A stretch of 64,000 bases of DNA, taken from assembly GCA_973895155.1 (NCBI GenBank), contig OZ316897.1, forward strand, positions 10,501,832-10,565,831, written 5' to 3'. Under the pieces are notes generated by a model. That model made no database searches, was not told the DNA's origin, and saw nothing but the letters and a program-made list of their open reading frames with translations. The number at the start of each line of letters is the position of its first letter. Position 1 is the first letter of the stretch. Source of the DNA: Marsupella aquatica (taxonomy: Eukaryota > Plantae > Marchantiophyta). Position numbers and translations under genes: made by a program. Of this stretch, positions 25,844 to 38,775 are shown piece after piece.

Positions 25844-27731
25844 CTGAAGTACATGTCACGACAACACACAAACCTTGTCAACCGATTGTTATTAGGAACT
25901 TTCAAGGTTTAGAGATTAAATGATAAAAGCATCAGGCCTAATTACAAACACATCCAGCATGTGCATTGAAGCCTCGCCCATTGCCCGATGACCCCCAAAC
26001 ATCCGTGTCAAGGTATCCCAGGGACCACCGTTCTGTATGAGAGTACAATCACGTAACATCTGATGGAACTTTCTCGTTGCTCCATAGATGTACCTCGAAT
26101 TGGGTTGTTCAGTGATTTCTGTTCGACTGATGACAGTCCCACGTGATATATGTCAAAGATACTTTGGCCACAGGAGAATGCGAGACTTCAATCACCATTT
26201 TAATATGATAATCTGTAGTCAGTCAGATGGGAAAGACGCTAGTATTACGTCACGAGTAGAAATTCTGGAAGGGCATCGAAATCCGAGCAGCCAAGTGTCG
26301 TGGAGCACAAGAAAGGGACCATACTGCACTACTAGACTTAATCAATGCCTTTCGTGAATTCTGTCTTTGTAGTTTGGGGGGCTTTTCTCGATCATAAGAA
26401 TGAAGAGTCTAGATATGGGATTTGGATGGGACATTATGAAACTTCACCTCTATTTTTACTAGAATTTCACTAGAAATAAAATATATAGTGAACTTTATGC
26501 TAACATACTCTTACAAGGGCATTAAGGGCACTCGTACCAACCCTTGTTTCCTGATGGGGACAAGGGGCCCCAACAAGTCCCTTTCAACAGTGTTCTACAG
26601 GAAGCTTAGAATATTTCTGAATATGAACATCCTGTAGTTAACGAGCTACTGGAACATTTTCAGGGTGAGCGAATAACTTATATTATGCTGTGGTTAATTA
26701 GATGTGCTGTTTTTGAAACATAATCAACAAAAGACTTGGTTGGGCCCATGGAGTGAAACAAACCCCCTTTGTGGCCCCTTCTGTTGAAAATAAGGGACTT
26801 GCTGGGCCCCATTGTCCCTATCACCCCTAGACATCTCCTGCCAGAGCCCCCATTCCCTGTCCCAAACGTAGTTGTCAATGCACGTCTCTGACTCAGTACG
26901 CACCTGTCACCTGAAACCAGGCTGGTACTCCTCCCACTACTGCTTTTTTGCCCATGCTGCCCTCCCTCAATTTGCATGCAACCCCGAGCAATGTCAAGGG
27001 TGCCCTGAGTAGTCCAAAGGGTGTCCATATATTCTATAGCGCCTCTAAGTATAAATCAGAATCTGCAACATGGAGGCCTCTTCACTGCAGCCTTATGTGA
27101 TCCAAAGGGTGCCTTGAGTAGTGTGAAGGGCACCATCTATTAAAGAAGGAATCTATCTATATATTGCGACGCACCATAATTGTTAAAAGAATGGTACCTA
27201 GATATTAGTGTGTATTTCTTGGGTCATACTCAATGTTGTTAGGTGTCTTCACAACTAAGGCTACTTGAAGGCGTTAAGATGGACTCTAACTACAAAGATA
27301 AAAGGCACAACGACACACATGAGTAAACAAAGAAGCCATCTTGGTATTTCTGTGTACCTTAATTGATAGACAACTTTAATTCAAACGATACATCCCATAA
27401 AAGTACACACCCTGTTTTTACTGTCACAAACATTTTTTGCACTTTCCACACGCCTTACAATTTGCAACCGTGCTACTAGTCTTACACGCATTTCAAACTT
27501 TGCACATGCAAGTGAATTCATTGTGCACCAACCACGTTACATGATACTGACCATTGATCAATAAATATCAATGGTCACTCAGGGACGTATGCTTATCATA
27601 TATATTGGCTCCAGTACTATCCAAGTTTAATTTAAATTTGGCACCAAAGAGTATGTTATATTTGTGCATATGAACCAATTATTTTCTTCATGCTTGTCAC
27701 ACTAGAGTTGCCAACCATCACAAGAGCTGTA

Positions 27732-27945
27732 AGCCACATTGAACAATTACACCATTGACACCTAAACATTGACAAATATGAATTGTTTGGTGACATGTAA
27801 TTTAGCCACATTGAACAATTGCACCATTCACACCTAAACATCAACAAATATGAATTGCTTGGTGACATGTAATTTAGCCACATTGAACAAGTACACCATT
27901 GATAAGTAAATTGGAACAACAAGAATTGCTTCAGTGACATGTAAT
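27732..27945. repeat. 72-bp tandem repeat, about 3 copies
   Basis: AGCCACATTGAACAA...GGTGACATGTAATTT units start at 27732, 27804 and 27876. This explains the repetitive spurious ORF 27656..27940. Confidence 0.85.
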
Positions 27946-29712
27946 GTACTCCTTTCTTTGGAGTCTACTTCCCTCTTAGTTTCCAGCTCCCCCTGTTTTT
28001 GGCTGCATGACCTTTGGTCCTCCTGGGTGCCTACCCCCTTTTGTGGGCCACCCCTGTTGTATGTTGGCTTTTTGAATGTAATTCAATTATATATCACAGA
28101 GCCCAAGGGCAAAATAAACCGCCAACAGGGAGACATGATCCCAATGCTCTTTGGCTAAATGAATGGGAGGAAAAGAGGGGAAAGGCTTTCTCGAGGGAAA
28201 AAAAACATAGTCTCATAATCTTACAAACCCCGGAATCACAATCTCTCAATGCTAAGTTGGATAGGGTCAGGTTAGTAGTGTTCTGCAATCTTCACAAGTT
28301 ACTCGATCTCAGCTCCACGGTTGCTCACATTTCGCACGAGGTATTTGCTTGATTGACCTCCAAAATGAAACTTGTTACAAAATCAACCCCCTGAGTTCTA
28401 TGAACCCCAGATCTGAGATGGAAAGGTCCATCAACTGTCTAGACTGGGGAAAAGTATGGAGGGGGTTGATTAAGAACTTTTTCGAGAAAGGGGTCTACTA
28501 AGCATATCCCTCCATTTCGCACTATCCACAATGATTCTCCTGGGATTCGATTCGAGTCCGATTCCGGAGTACCGCACCTGTACAGTACGGTTGCCGTACC
28601 GTCTTTATGACAGAGCACGTTTTCGTGTCGTGTTCCGATTGGAACCTCTAGATGCCAAGGATAATGCTACCAGAGTTGGCATTCTGGAATGTTAACGTGG
28701 TGTTTCGATTGAAAAACAACTCACCAACACCACATCGAAACAGCGATGACTACGCGGCGGTGATCGAGAAATTAGGCATTGGCGAAAGTTCTGTCTTCTC
28801 CAGGGAGCCTAGCTGCCGCGTAGAAGAGCGATTCTGGAAAACCTCCTTTTTGTCAATTTTGAATTGTTGGTAAGTCCGTTCAAAGATTGCTTATCTCCCA
28901 GACTTGGGTGCATCGTGTCTGTGCCGCCCTCTTGTTTGAGTCTGAATGGTGGGTAAAAGCACTTCTTCTGTGCATTGCTCCTGTCCAGGTTTAGAATCCA
29001 GAATTGCTGATCATCAGTTGGGTTTCTGCTAATTTCTGCTGCAGCATTCCATCAGAAATCTACGGTCAAAATCGTCTCACCGTGTTGCACTGCAATTGTC
29101 TATTCCTTTAAATTGTAAACGAACCAGCTGAGATTGAGAATGTGATGCAAGTTGTCTACATACAGAGTAGTAATTGGGGCCAATTGATTTTTTGGGGGGT
29201 TTAGTCGTTACGTGCGTCCTGTTCAGTGCCTGAACTGCAAATCGTCCACAGGTGGACTTCAGAGTGACCCTACTATTATGTGTCCAGCTCAAAAATATCT
29301 GGTCGAGTCTAAAGGGTTCGCCATTGGCTTTGGAAGAGAGGTGCCCACAAATTACGTTTGATTTGTCTTTCTTGGGACTCAGGAGGGGTAGTTTTGGTTA
29401 ACACAATTTGACTAAATTGTCTCTATGAGATTAGGTGAGCAGTTTTTTGGCTCATAGATAGAGGCTGATTGTTGAACGGAGTCGCTGTATCCTCGGGAAG
29501 GGTTGTCTAGTCTTATTGCGCACCAGGCTACCCTTCTCAAGGCTTTGTTTTCTCGCTGCCGCGTTGGTTTCTGCTTTTTGTACGTTCTGCTCTTTGCCCC
29601 AGTAGAAGATCTGCAGGGGAGCAAGTCCACTCTAACCTTTTCTATTTCATGTCATATTTTGGCTGGGTGGATGTGTCAAGGTGGGTTGTTTACCTTCTTC
29701 TTCTAGGGCAAA

Positions 29713-32700
29713 ATGGAGGCGGCATTGTCATTGCTCTTGTTGGCATTGCTGACCAGTCCAACACGAGCGACTTTTTCAGAACAGCCCTTGGCTAGAATAG
29801 CAATCCAGGACTCTTTGGCGGTATTTGACTCTAATGTTTCCATAACCGCTTCGCCTGATCTTCTTGGTGCCAAGGTGGGAAATGCCAACTCTATTCCTTA
29901 CTTGAAAATTTTGAAATGAAGTTGGTTTCACGAAATATGGCAATTTCTCCTCGCCCAGCAGTCAGTCTCCGAGGAGTCGGTCTTTTAACAGTTGGGTCGT
30001 AGTTGAGAAAAACCGATGAGCACTGTCCGGAAGTTTCTTCTCAAGGTCATCTTTTTAATTTGAATGTTCGCTATCCAGGGAGAAGGAGCGGAGTATGTTA
30101 CTGTGCAATTCAAACGACCTACTGGCGCTGAGGACACGGACTGGATTGGGGTTTTCTCGCCAGCTATTTTCGAGTATGCATTGAGAAAAATTTATCAGAA
30201 CAATATTGCCGCTTTACAATTGGCTCTATTCAAACTATCCAGTTGCAGGCAGAAATCAATGAATGCATTTTCGGAATTTTATTGGAACCTTTGTGGACCC
30301 TAGGTAGGAGTGTCCGTGATACAGGTTTTAGTCCTTATCACAAAATCCAGTTGCATTCCTTTTAATTTAATACGACAGTAATTGTGGTGGAATTGCAGTG
30401 CCTCACTTTGTTCAGAATCTCCAGGGGTGTCAAACCTTAATGAAGCACCTCTTCTGTGCACTGCTCCTGTCAAGGTTTGAAATCCTGGCTTGCTCAGCAT
30501 CTTCGTACTCGGTGTTGGGTCGGTTTTGCATATGTCAAATTGGGTGTCTGTTAGTGTTTATGCCGCAGTTTGCCATCGGCTTTTTTGTACTAGTCCAAGC
30601 AGCATTTGTCCAACCTGGGTCAGGATAGTTTTTCAATAGCTTTTGAGAGTTTTGACTAGTACTGTACCGTTCTAAATTCGAGTCATTCGAGTTTGCAAAC
30701 ATAAAAAACGGTGAGGAAAGTCTGAAAGCGACATCTTGCGTTTTGAATGCAGTACTCGTATGCCAATTTCTCGACGCCAGATTATGCCAGCTCAGGAGAG
30801 GGAACGCTGAGATTTCGCTTGATCAACATGAGGGCGGACTACTCCTTTGGATTCTTCAAGGGTGATGTTACTAGTGTATGCACTTCTGACCTTGCTAGGA
30901 CTTTGAAATAGCAATCACGAAGTTGTTCCAAAATGTTGAATGTGAATGAGTTGCATTACAGAGACTTTATAAAATCATTCCTTGAAGTTACTCTCTCCCT
31001 CGTATTCGATAGTGCGAGTGCCCTCTTTCTCCTTATTACCAATCTGATGTGGGTTCTCAGCACACCGCTGCACCTACATGGATATTCTTCATGAGATAGA
31101 TGTGGATTGTGGTCATTTGGTTGCAGCCGGTTCTTTTGGCAATATCCAATCCAGTGCAATTTGCTAATCCTAAGGCTCCAGGATATCTGCGCCTGGCAGT
31201 TGGGCAAGAATGGAATGAGGTAAATGCTGGCAAACTTTTGAGGAGAATGTGTTTACTGCCATTTGACAACTTACTTGAGCGAGGAGAGATTAAGAAGATA
31301 GAGATAGCACCCTTGCAGTCACAGGCAATTTCATTTCACTGTGCTGCTGAACCTTCTGCAGAAATGTAAGCCAAGGAATTTGGCCTTATGAGCTGCGCTT
31401 TATGAAGGATGAAAGCCAAGCTTAATCTTACACAGTTCATACATGATCCTCGGACACTGGCGTCTAAGTTTCTCTTACTATTGATTCCCTATCAGATAAC
31501 AGTGACTTGGACCAGCGGTTATGGAGCAGATGAAGCCGTTCCTTTAGTGACGTGGGGTATTAAAGACGAGGCTGATACTCAAAAAACAGTAGCTGGCACT
31601 CTGACGTTTACTAAGAATGACATGTGTGGTACTGTTTCTATTATCGTTTATCCTGTGCACAGCTTTTGTTTCTGCGTTCTTGAAGAAAAACCTATTTCTA
31701 GAAGTGCAGTCACGATATAGGCCAGACAAAGTTATTGCATGCGAGTCACTGCGGACTTGTCTGAGTGACAATCCAATAGACTTTTTGCAGTTGCTGATTA
31801 GCATTATTCCATTTTACAGGAGCACCTGCAAGTACCATTGGCTGGAGGGACCCCGGCTTTATCCATACCGCAAACCTCAAGGGGCTCTGGCCAAACACCA
31901 AGTTAGTAACCTTATAGAAACCTTTTCAGAACTGGATGAAGGCTTATTCTCACTAAAGAATTCACAATGCAAAAAGGAAATATATTTAAAAAAATCTTCT
32001 ATTACCTTTATGGAATTGAATTTTCGGGGCAGTTGTGCTAACTTATGCTTATTAACCTCATACTGAACAGGTACTTCTACCGAGTGGGCCATAGGCTGGC
32101 TAATGGATCTTATGATTGGGGCCGTGAGAGCTTTTTTAAGGCTCCACCTTATCCAGGTCAAGATTCATTGCAAAGAGTTATTATTTTTGGTGACCTGGGC
32201 AAGGTAATCTTTATTGTGCTTAGCATCTTGTCCTGCGCTTCTCCTGTTTGTATAGTCAAGCAAGAAAAAAGCATTGCTTCAAATAAGATTTTGAATTGCT
32301 TTGAGGTTTCCTCAATCTTTGTTGGTGGGAAGCAGTCTTTGGGAAGATGGAGATTTTTGGTTGTGACGAGGTGACAAAAGCTCTTGTGCAGGCAGAGGTG
32401 GACGGATCAAATGAGTTCAATAACTACCAATTAGCTTCTCTGAACACAACAGCCATGTTGGCAGACGACCTGGACAATTATGACTTCATTCTCCACAATG
32501 GGGATTTGGCTTATGCAAATGGATACATTTCCCAGTGGGACCAATTTATTGAGCAGGTTGAAGTTCTAACATCACGAGTGCCCTACATGACTACTAGGTG
32601 CTTATCAACCTTCCTCTCCACCCGCTTCTTCTTTTGGATCCTCAACTGGGAAGCAACCTTCAATTCGAAGTTTAAAGTTCCGAGTTTATCTTTGAATGTA

Positions 32701-34097
32701 AAGGGAAGTATTGATCTTTGATGTGAATTATCAAGTAGTGCTGAGAAGACGGATTTCTAACTGTCTCCTTTCTTCCTCAACTTCTCTTTACTTGTCTTCG
32801 TACTAAATCATGGATCTGTTTTGCCACCAGTGGAAATCATGAGCGTGACTGGCCCTCCTCAGGCTCATATTACACCACGAGTGATTCTGGAGGGGAGTGT
32901 GGTGTTCCTTCTCAAACTCTCTTCAATATGCCCGCCAGAAATAGGGCAAACAACTGGTATGATTCTTAAGACCTCAGGAATTTCATCATGGCACTTTTTG
33001 TTTGAGAAGGTTATTTTAATTTCTTAAATAATCATGCATGTGGGCCTCTAGTCTCACTTTATTGGTAGTGTCGGACGAGGGACGGCGTACGTGCTTTCAA
33101 CGGTCAAGGAGATGGTAATATAACACAAGTTTCCTCACTGTAGTGTTTCAGTAAAATTGGCAATTGTACTAAAGTTTGTGCAATACTGTGCAGGTATGCA
33201 ACAGAATGGGGGATGTTCCATTTTTGCATTGCAAACTCGGAAATGGATTGGAGAGAAGGCACGGAGCAGTACAAATTTTTGGAGGAGTGCCTTGCATCAG
33301 TGGATAGGCAAAAGCAGCCATGGCTGATCTTCGTCGCCCATAGAGTGTTGGGGTATTCCTCTGGAGAATTTTATGCTTGGGAAGGGACATTCAATGAGCC
33401 AGGGGGGAGAGACGATCTGCAGAAGCTGTGGCAAAAGTACAAAGTAGACCTTGCGTTTTATGGCCATGTTCATAATTATGAGCGGACTTGCCCTATATAT
33501 CAGGTAAATTCTCATGCATAAGACATGTCGAATTGAAAAAGTATAAGAGGGTGTAAACAGAAAGCTCCTACAAATATCCTAAGGAACAATTCTCTGCCCA
33601 TTGCATATAATTTAATCATTATACGAGGAAGGCGATGTACCAGAGGACTCTCAGAAACTGGTTCGGGTTGACGGTTCCTTCAGTATAATTATATAGAGAA
33701 TTGTTTCTGACCATAGCCCTGGCCTCCATGTTAAATTTGATATATTGCTATGGAGTATTGATATTAGTTTTGGTTTCTGAACCAGAGCATCTGCGTAAGC
33801 CAAGAACGAGAGCACTACTCTGGTCAGTTTAATGCAACGATTCACGTAGTAGCTGGAGGTGGAGGTGCTGGGTTGGCTCTCTTTGCTCCCTTCAACACAT
33901 CATGGAGCTACTTTAAGGACTATGATTATGGTTTCACAAAGCTCACGGCATTTAATCATTCTTCCTTGCTGGTGGAGTACAAGAGAAGCGATGACGGGAA
34001 GGTGTATGACAAATTCTGGTTCACCAGAGACTATAAAGATGTTCTGGGGTGCGACAAGATGAATCTCTATTGTCCAGCATCGACATTAGCTACCTAG
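29713..34097 (+). CDS. purple acid phosphatase, nucleotide pyrophosphatase/phosphodiesterase (PAP1/PAP24/PAP27-type), ~616 aa, secreted
   Basis: Twelve exons: 29713-29874, 30079-30173, 30399-30474, 30753-30875, 31127-31219, 31496-31628, 31820-31901, 32071-32203, 32392-32597, 32831-32956, 33194-33503, 33786-34097 (1851 nt, open). Signal peptide; EQPLARIAI, DWIGVFSP, CTAPVKY, GWRDPG; metal-ligand motifs GDLG, GDLAY, GNHE, AHR, GHVH. Confidence 0.95.
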
Positions 34098-35029
34098 AAT
34101 CTCGGAGAGGTTTTAGCACCTTATTTATGCTTCTAAGAAAAGGCTGGGTCCCCACGCAAGAAATCCATTCGGTGGACAAATTCAATTCTTGTGTGCAAAT
34201 AGAAAATTCTCGACATTTATTCTGTAATGATTCTGCTTGAGGAAGGCCGGCTTCGTATTGATATCTTGTTTTGGTCTTGCTCATGAAGCATGCCACAGAA
34301 TGGTAAGAGTCCTCGTGTGGGCCATGGTTTGAGGACTGCAAGTGGAGGAAGTCCTTCACTTGTACCTAGCATGTTGGATTGTACGAGTTCAGGACTGAGA
34401 ATCACTCCGTTCACTAAAGAACTCGAGGCCTTTTCACAATTAGGTCTTCTTGATGAAGTCGTCGAAGGTGAGAATCACCCCAATTATTGAGAAATTTAAG
34501 GCCTTTTGACAATCAGGTTTGCCGACACAGATCTCGAAGGTTGCAAACTGAGAATCAGTCCAATTGCTGAAGAGTTTAATGAAGCCCTTGCCATAATCAG
34601 GTCGTCTTGATGCAGTCCTCGAAGGTTGCAGACACACTGGGACATGAAGTCTGTAACTTGATGCAGAGAATTGCAGAGGCCGTCTTAACTGTGTAGTCAC
34701 TGTGAAGTCCTCGCTTTGAATTTTGCATACTGATTCCAATCATGCACATTTTTTTCAAAGTGTTTATTTTGGTTTCTTGTATGTGCATCTAAAGTTTACT
34801 TGTTCTAGATTTATTTTCACGTGTTTGCATGGGATTTCACTGATTGAAACTTGACTTAATTGTAGTCTGAAAGGTGAGGTCTAGAGCATGGTGGTTCATG
34901 AGTACAACTCTTTTCTGGCTCATGTAATCACCTTACCTGGTGTGAGAGACATACAAGTTAATGATTTTCTTTTGCATAGCTTCAGCATGCACTACTCAAC
35001 GACTCCCACGACCATACGAGGTGATAAAT

Positions 35030-35124
35030 GTTTTTGCCCAATGACACATAAAATTTTCATGTAACCATGGGAGAACGTTTTTGCCCAATGACACATAAAA
35101 TTTTCATGTAACCATGGGAGAACG
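35030..35124. repeat. perfect ~48-bp direct duplication
   Basis: TTTTTGCCCAATGACACATAAAATTTTCATGTAACCATGGGAGAACG occurs twice in tandem. Confidence 0.85.
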
Positions 35125-35178
35125 ACCGGACTACAAACCAAATGAACTTTCTGCTGTTGGAAAGATTAGGAATGGTAA

Positions 35179-35462
35179 CCAACTTTTGGCTAGGGGATGA
35201 GCCTAGAACCCAGAGGTCCCAAGTTCAATCCCCCCTCCACATGCAAGGGTTGTGGAGGGTGAGTGTGTGGGTGGGTGGGTGTAGTGGTGGGAGTTATGGT
35301 TTCTCTTCAGTCCTTGGCTAATCCGCTTTGGGGCTCTGGTCCAACTCTCTCTCCCTCTTGGTACTGGGTATGACCCCCCTGTGGCTACCCTACAGAGGTG
35401 CATGCTCCGGAGTTGATAGTCTATCCTCTGTTGGATGGGTCAGCTTTCTGTATTCAAGGCAA
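35179..35462 (+). mobile_element. tRNA-derived SINE, family A, with 18-bp TSD
   Basis: TSD AAAGATTAGGAATGGTAA at 35161-35178 and 35463-35480. TGGCTAGGGG (A-box-like), AGTTCAATCC (B box), ends TTCAAGGC plus A. Homologous to 985-1290. Confidence 0.88.
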
Positions 35463-35537
35463 AAAGATTAGGAATGGTAATGGAAAAAATTTACCATGAG
35501 TGGAGGCCATCCTGGTGAGAAGAATATCCCACTCACT

Positions 35538-35752
35538 TATGACATAGTACATAATGTGGATAAGTGCAGGTTTGGGGTGAGCAAGTATGACATAGTGCAT
35601 AACATGGATAAGGGTGGGTTTGGGGTGAGCAAGTATGACATGGTGCATAACATGGATAAGTGCAGGTTTTGGAAGAACATGTATAACATAGCAAAACATG
35701 GATAAGTGCACACTGTTGACACAGTGCACAACATGCATAAGTGCAGGTCTGG
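35538..35752. repeat. 48-bp tandem repeat, about 4.5 copies
   Basis: TATGACATAGTGCATAACATGGATAAGTGCAGGTTTGGGGTGAGCAAG-like units at 35538, 35586, 35634 and 35682. Confidence 0.85.
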
Positions 35753-36582
35753 GTGTTTCCAGGGACCCCGCACTAAGACACGGTACTGTACAATGTCATT
35801 CCTGAAGCACACAGGGACCTCCAAATCTGAACATAACGACACTTTTTTGTTTTGCCTTGAAATATTTTTTTGAATTCCATTCACAAAGACAGCATACAAA
35901 GAGGCAGCCACAAGGGCAACGCCAAAGGTGGACCAGAGGTCATAAGTGCAAAAACAAACCGGTTCAGCCGGTGCCAGGAAAGAAACTAAGCCTCCCGAGA
36001 GAGAAGCAGCCAAATAAGTAATTTAACTACTGCAGCAGGAGATGCACACTCCGTGAGACTGGCCAGTGCTCAGGTTCCGGCAAGGTTCCATTCAGTGGGT
36101 CTGTGATAGGCTCACTTATCTATCGGTCTAACCTGCAGTGAAGAATCAATTCTTGTGAAACTAGTCAAATTCAAGGCGGGCAAGGTGGGACTGGGGAACC
36201 TGGAGTATGTCCTCATGTACTTCCTAGAGACCGGAGTGTGTCCCATAATCAAAACACATGGCATGGTAGGCCTGTGCAATGGTGGACTTCCCCTGCCCTC
36301 ACCTTTGCCTGTTGTTTGGCCCAGTCCATGCGAAGGTAAATTCCAAGCCAGTGCCAAGCCTTTTGTATGAGAGCATGTGGGTTGGACCTAGTGTGTTCAA
36401 TAAAGTGAGAGCTTCGGTCTTTCCATACATTCCAGCAAACAACGGCAGGCATAACTTATCTGGTACACCCCACTCATCAGGCAGAGGTTCAGCTACAAAA
36501 ATGTGGATTGGCTGCAAGTTGACATTCAAATTACCAGTGGTTGATGCCAAGGTGAGAGTGTATTGCGCCAAATTCCAGATGA

Positions 36583-36830
36583 GCTGTGAGACTAGGCAGC
36601 TCTAAATGCAATGCATGATGCTGTGAGACTGGGCAGCTCTAAATGCAATGCATGATGTCTTCTTGTTGCTGCAGATTACACTGGGTGCACCAAGTTGTCC
36701 CATCAAAAACTAGGAGTTGGGGATTCCGCCAGTGTTGTAAATGCAATGATGTCTTCTTGTTGCTGCAGATTACACCGGGTGCACCAAGTTGTCCCATCAA
36801 AAACTAGGAGTTGGGGATTCCGCTAGTGTT
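36583..36830. repeat. two adjacent direct duplications (~38 bp and ~90 bp units)
   Basis: GCTGTGAGACT(A)GGCAGCTCTAAATGCAATGCATGAT x2, then ATGATGTCTTCTTGTTGCTGCAGATTACAC...GGGGATTCCGC.AGTGTTG x2. Confidence 0.8.
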
Positions 36831-37080
36831 GGGTTGCAGGGATTCTGTAGATGAGCTGCCATAAGTAACAGTTTTCCGTAGCTGCAAGGCACCCAGTTAT
36901 AACGACACTTCGTCGAACACAACTCCTAGTCTTTGGACTAGAGCGCCCCTTGGCTCACGATCCTAATACAATGCCGTGCAGCTGCGGTAGCCAACAGATA
37001 GTGTAAAATCTCCATCTCGAAGTCACCTCTGATGAGAGTGTCAAATCGAATTTGAGATCGAGAACAGAAAACCGATCATT

Positions 37081-37102
37081 AGAGAGAGAGAGAGAGAGAG
37101 AG
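37081..37102 (+). repeat. (AG)11 microsatellite / GAGA-type element just upstream of the ATG at 37116
   Basis: AG dinucleotide run directly visible. Confidence 0.9.
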
Positions 37103-37115
37103 GAAACTCGGGACA

Positions 37116-38210
37116 ATGGCTGCTGTTTCCTCTCCGTTCCTGGTCTATCCTTCGACGACAATAGAGAGAAGTAGAAGAAACAAGGGGAGGAAATGGAATC
37201 CGTCTTCGTGCTTCTCGGTCTCATCTCTTTATCTGAGCTCAAGCTTCGGCAGCAGAAGCAGAGGGGAAAATGTGCAGCAGCACTTTGGGGTGTGGACCAG
37301 TATAAGCTCATCGAGGCTGCCACCGTGCAGCAGGGCCTCTTCTATGGACCTCTCTTCACCGAGAAACTCGACGAGAGGAGATGAGTCTTTCAACAGGGGC
37401 ACCATTTTGGCAGAGTTGGACCACCTCTCTTCAGCGAAAGAGCAAAGCGGTGCAGCGCCAGACACATTAGTAAATCGATTTCAAATAGAGGATTCCACTC
37501 CAGAACAGTTGGCGTGGAAGGCACTTCAACGAGGCGCTGGGTTGGTTTTAGGGTTGGCCATCATAGCATGTACGTGTCTGCCCAATGCCGCGCACTCTCT
37601 GGCAGAGAACTCTATTGGTGCGTCAAGTCTCGGCCTCAAAGTGGCCAATTTCTTACGAGGATCTGGATTGTCTGATGAGCTGGTCGTTGTCATTGTGGGA
37701 ATGCTACCTGTTTTGGAGCTCCGTGGAGCTATTCCTGTCAGCTACTGGATGAAGATGGAGCCTGTCAAGGGCTATTTTCTTTCGATCTTGGGAAACATGA
37801 TACCGGTTCCATTCATTGTGCTCTACTTGGATAAGATACTGAAAACTGTAGGAGAAAAGGGGGAAAGTGGTCAAAATCTTGTGCGTTGGATTGTGGACCG
37901 AACGCGGAAGCAAGCTGGCCCCATTGAGGAATTTCAATGGTTGGGATTGCTGTTGTTTGTGGCTGTTCCACTTCCCGGAACCGGTGCTTGGTCAGGTGCA
38001 ATAGCTGCCTCGATATTGGGGATGCCTTTTTGGGATGCCGTGACTGCCAACCTTGGCGGTGTGTTGGTAGCTGGTCTGTTGGTGACCCTTCTGGTCACAG
38101 TAGGCACTAAGGAGGCAGTCCTCGTTGGCATCGCCTTGTTTGTGAGTTCGTGTTTCCTGTGGAGTGTACTGAGGTTGTTTCAAAAGAAGAAAGGCTCATC
38201 CTCCTCGTGA
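37116..38210 (+). CDS. putative small multidrug export family membrane protein (COG2426 / Sm_multidrug_ex), probable plastid transit peptide, 364 aa, intronless
   Basis: Single ORF. Family motifs LPVLELRGAIP, GNMIPVPFI, LFVAVPLPGTGAWSG; several hydrophobic helices; Ser/Arg-rich N-terminus. Confidence 0.9.
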   Translation: MAAVSSPFLVYPSTTIERSRRNKGRKWNPSSCFSVSSLYLSSSFGSRSRGENVQQHFGVWTSISSSRLPPCSRASSMDLSSPRNSTRGDESFNRGTILAELDHLSSAKEQSGAAPDTLVNRFQIEDSTPEQLAWKALQRGAGLVLGLAIIACTCLPNAAHSLAENSIGASSLGLKVANFLRGSGLSDELVVVIVGMLPVLELRGAIPVSYWMKMEPVKGYFLSILGNMIPVPFIVLYLDKILKTVGEKGESGQNLVRWIVDRTRKQAGPIEEFQWLGLLLFVAVPLPGTGAWSGAIAASILGMPFWDAVTANLGGVLVAGLLVTLLVTVGTKEAVLVGIALFVSSCFLWSVLRLFQKKKGSSSS

Positions 38211-38775
38211 TCTTCCTCAATACCGCCAAGCATCGCTTTGCACATGGATTCATTCGCTTGTGGTACCTTTTATATAGGCTAAGTGAAACATTGCCCGACT
38301 CCTTTGGAAACCCTTCACAATTAGAGACCTTGACTACTGTCGATGGTGCCATAGAACGATTGCCCGAATCCTCTGGTCGGTGTACAGTATTGCGGAATTA
38401 ACCTTTGAAAAGTGTCAGAAATTGGACACTTGGTTATTTAATTTGCACTAAAAAGCTTTGAAACTAGTTACCTGAAAAAGCCCTGGCTAGTAGCTCAGCC
38501 TGATTGCCTTGGATTCGGCAATGCTGGAGATACTAAGAATTTCCAAGTGCGAGAGATTGGAGAAACTACCCGACACACCACGCCTTTTAGTAAAGTTAGA
38601 ATTCTGACAGTTACATAGGTTGAATTCTCTGTCCGCCCTGCCTGATTCGCCTTGGCACTTAACAATACTACAAATTTCCGGCCTCGAGATTCTGAAGCAG
38701 CTACTGGACATAAGTATTCTGTGCACAAGACTTAACAAGCGCGTCCAGTAGCTTTATCTGTCTCCATAATACTTA

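Noticed and set aside
27656-27940. Cys/Trp-rich repetitive ORF (similarly 35454-35738)
   Set aside because: Produced by 72-bp and 48-bp tandem repeats whose periods are multiples of three; no other sign of a gene.
28502-28509. P1BS motif GCATATCC ~1.2 kb upstream of the PAP gene
   Set aside because: Plausible for a phosphatase, but one degenerate 8-mer at this distance is expected by chance.
35179-35240. tRNA gene (A/B boxes), also at ~1230-1290
   Set aside because: No cloverleaf; a long unrelated body, A-tail and TSD indicate a SINE.
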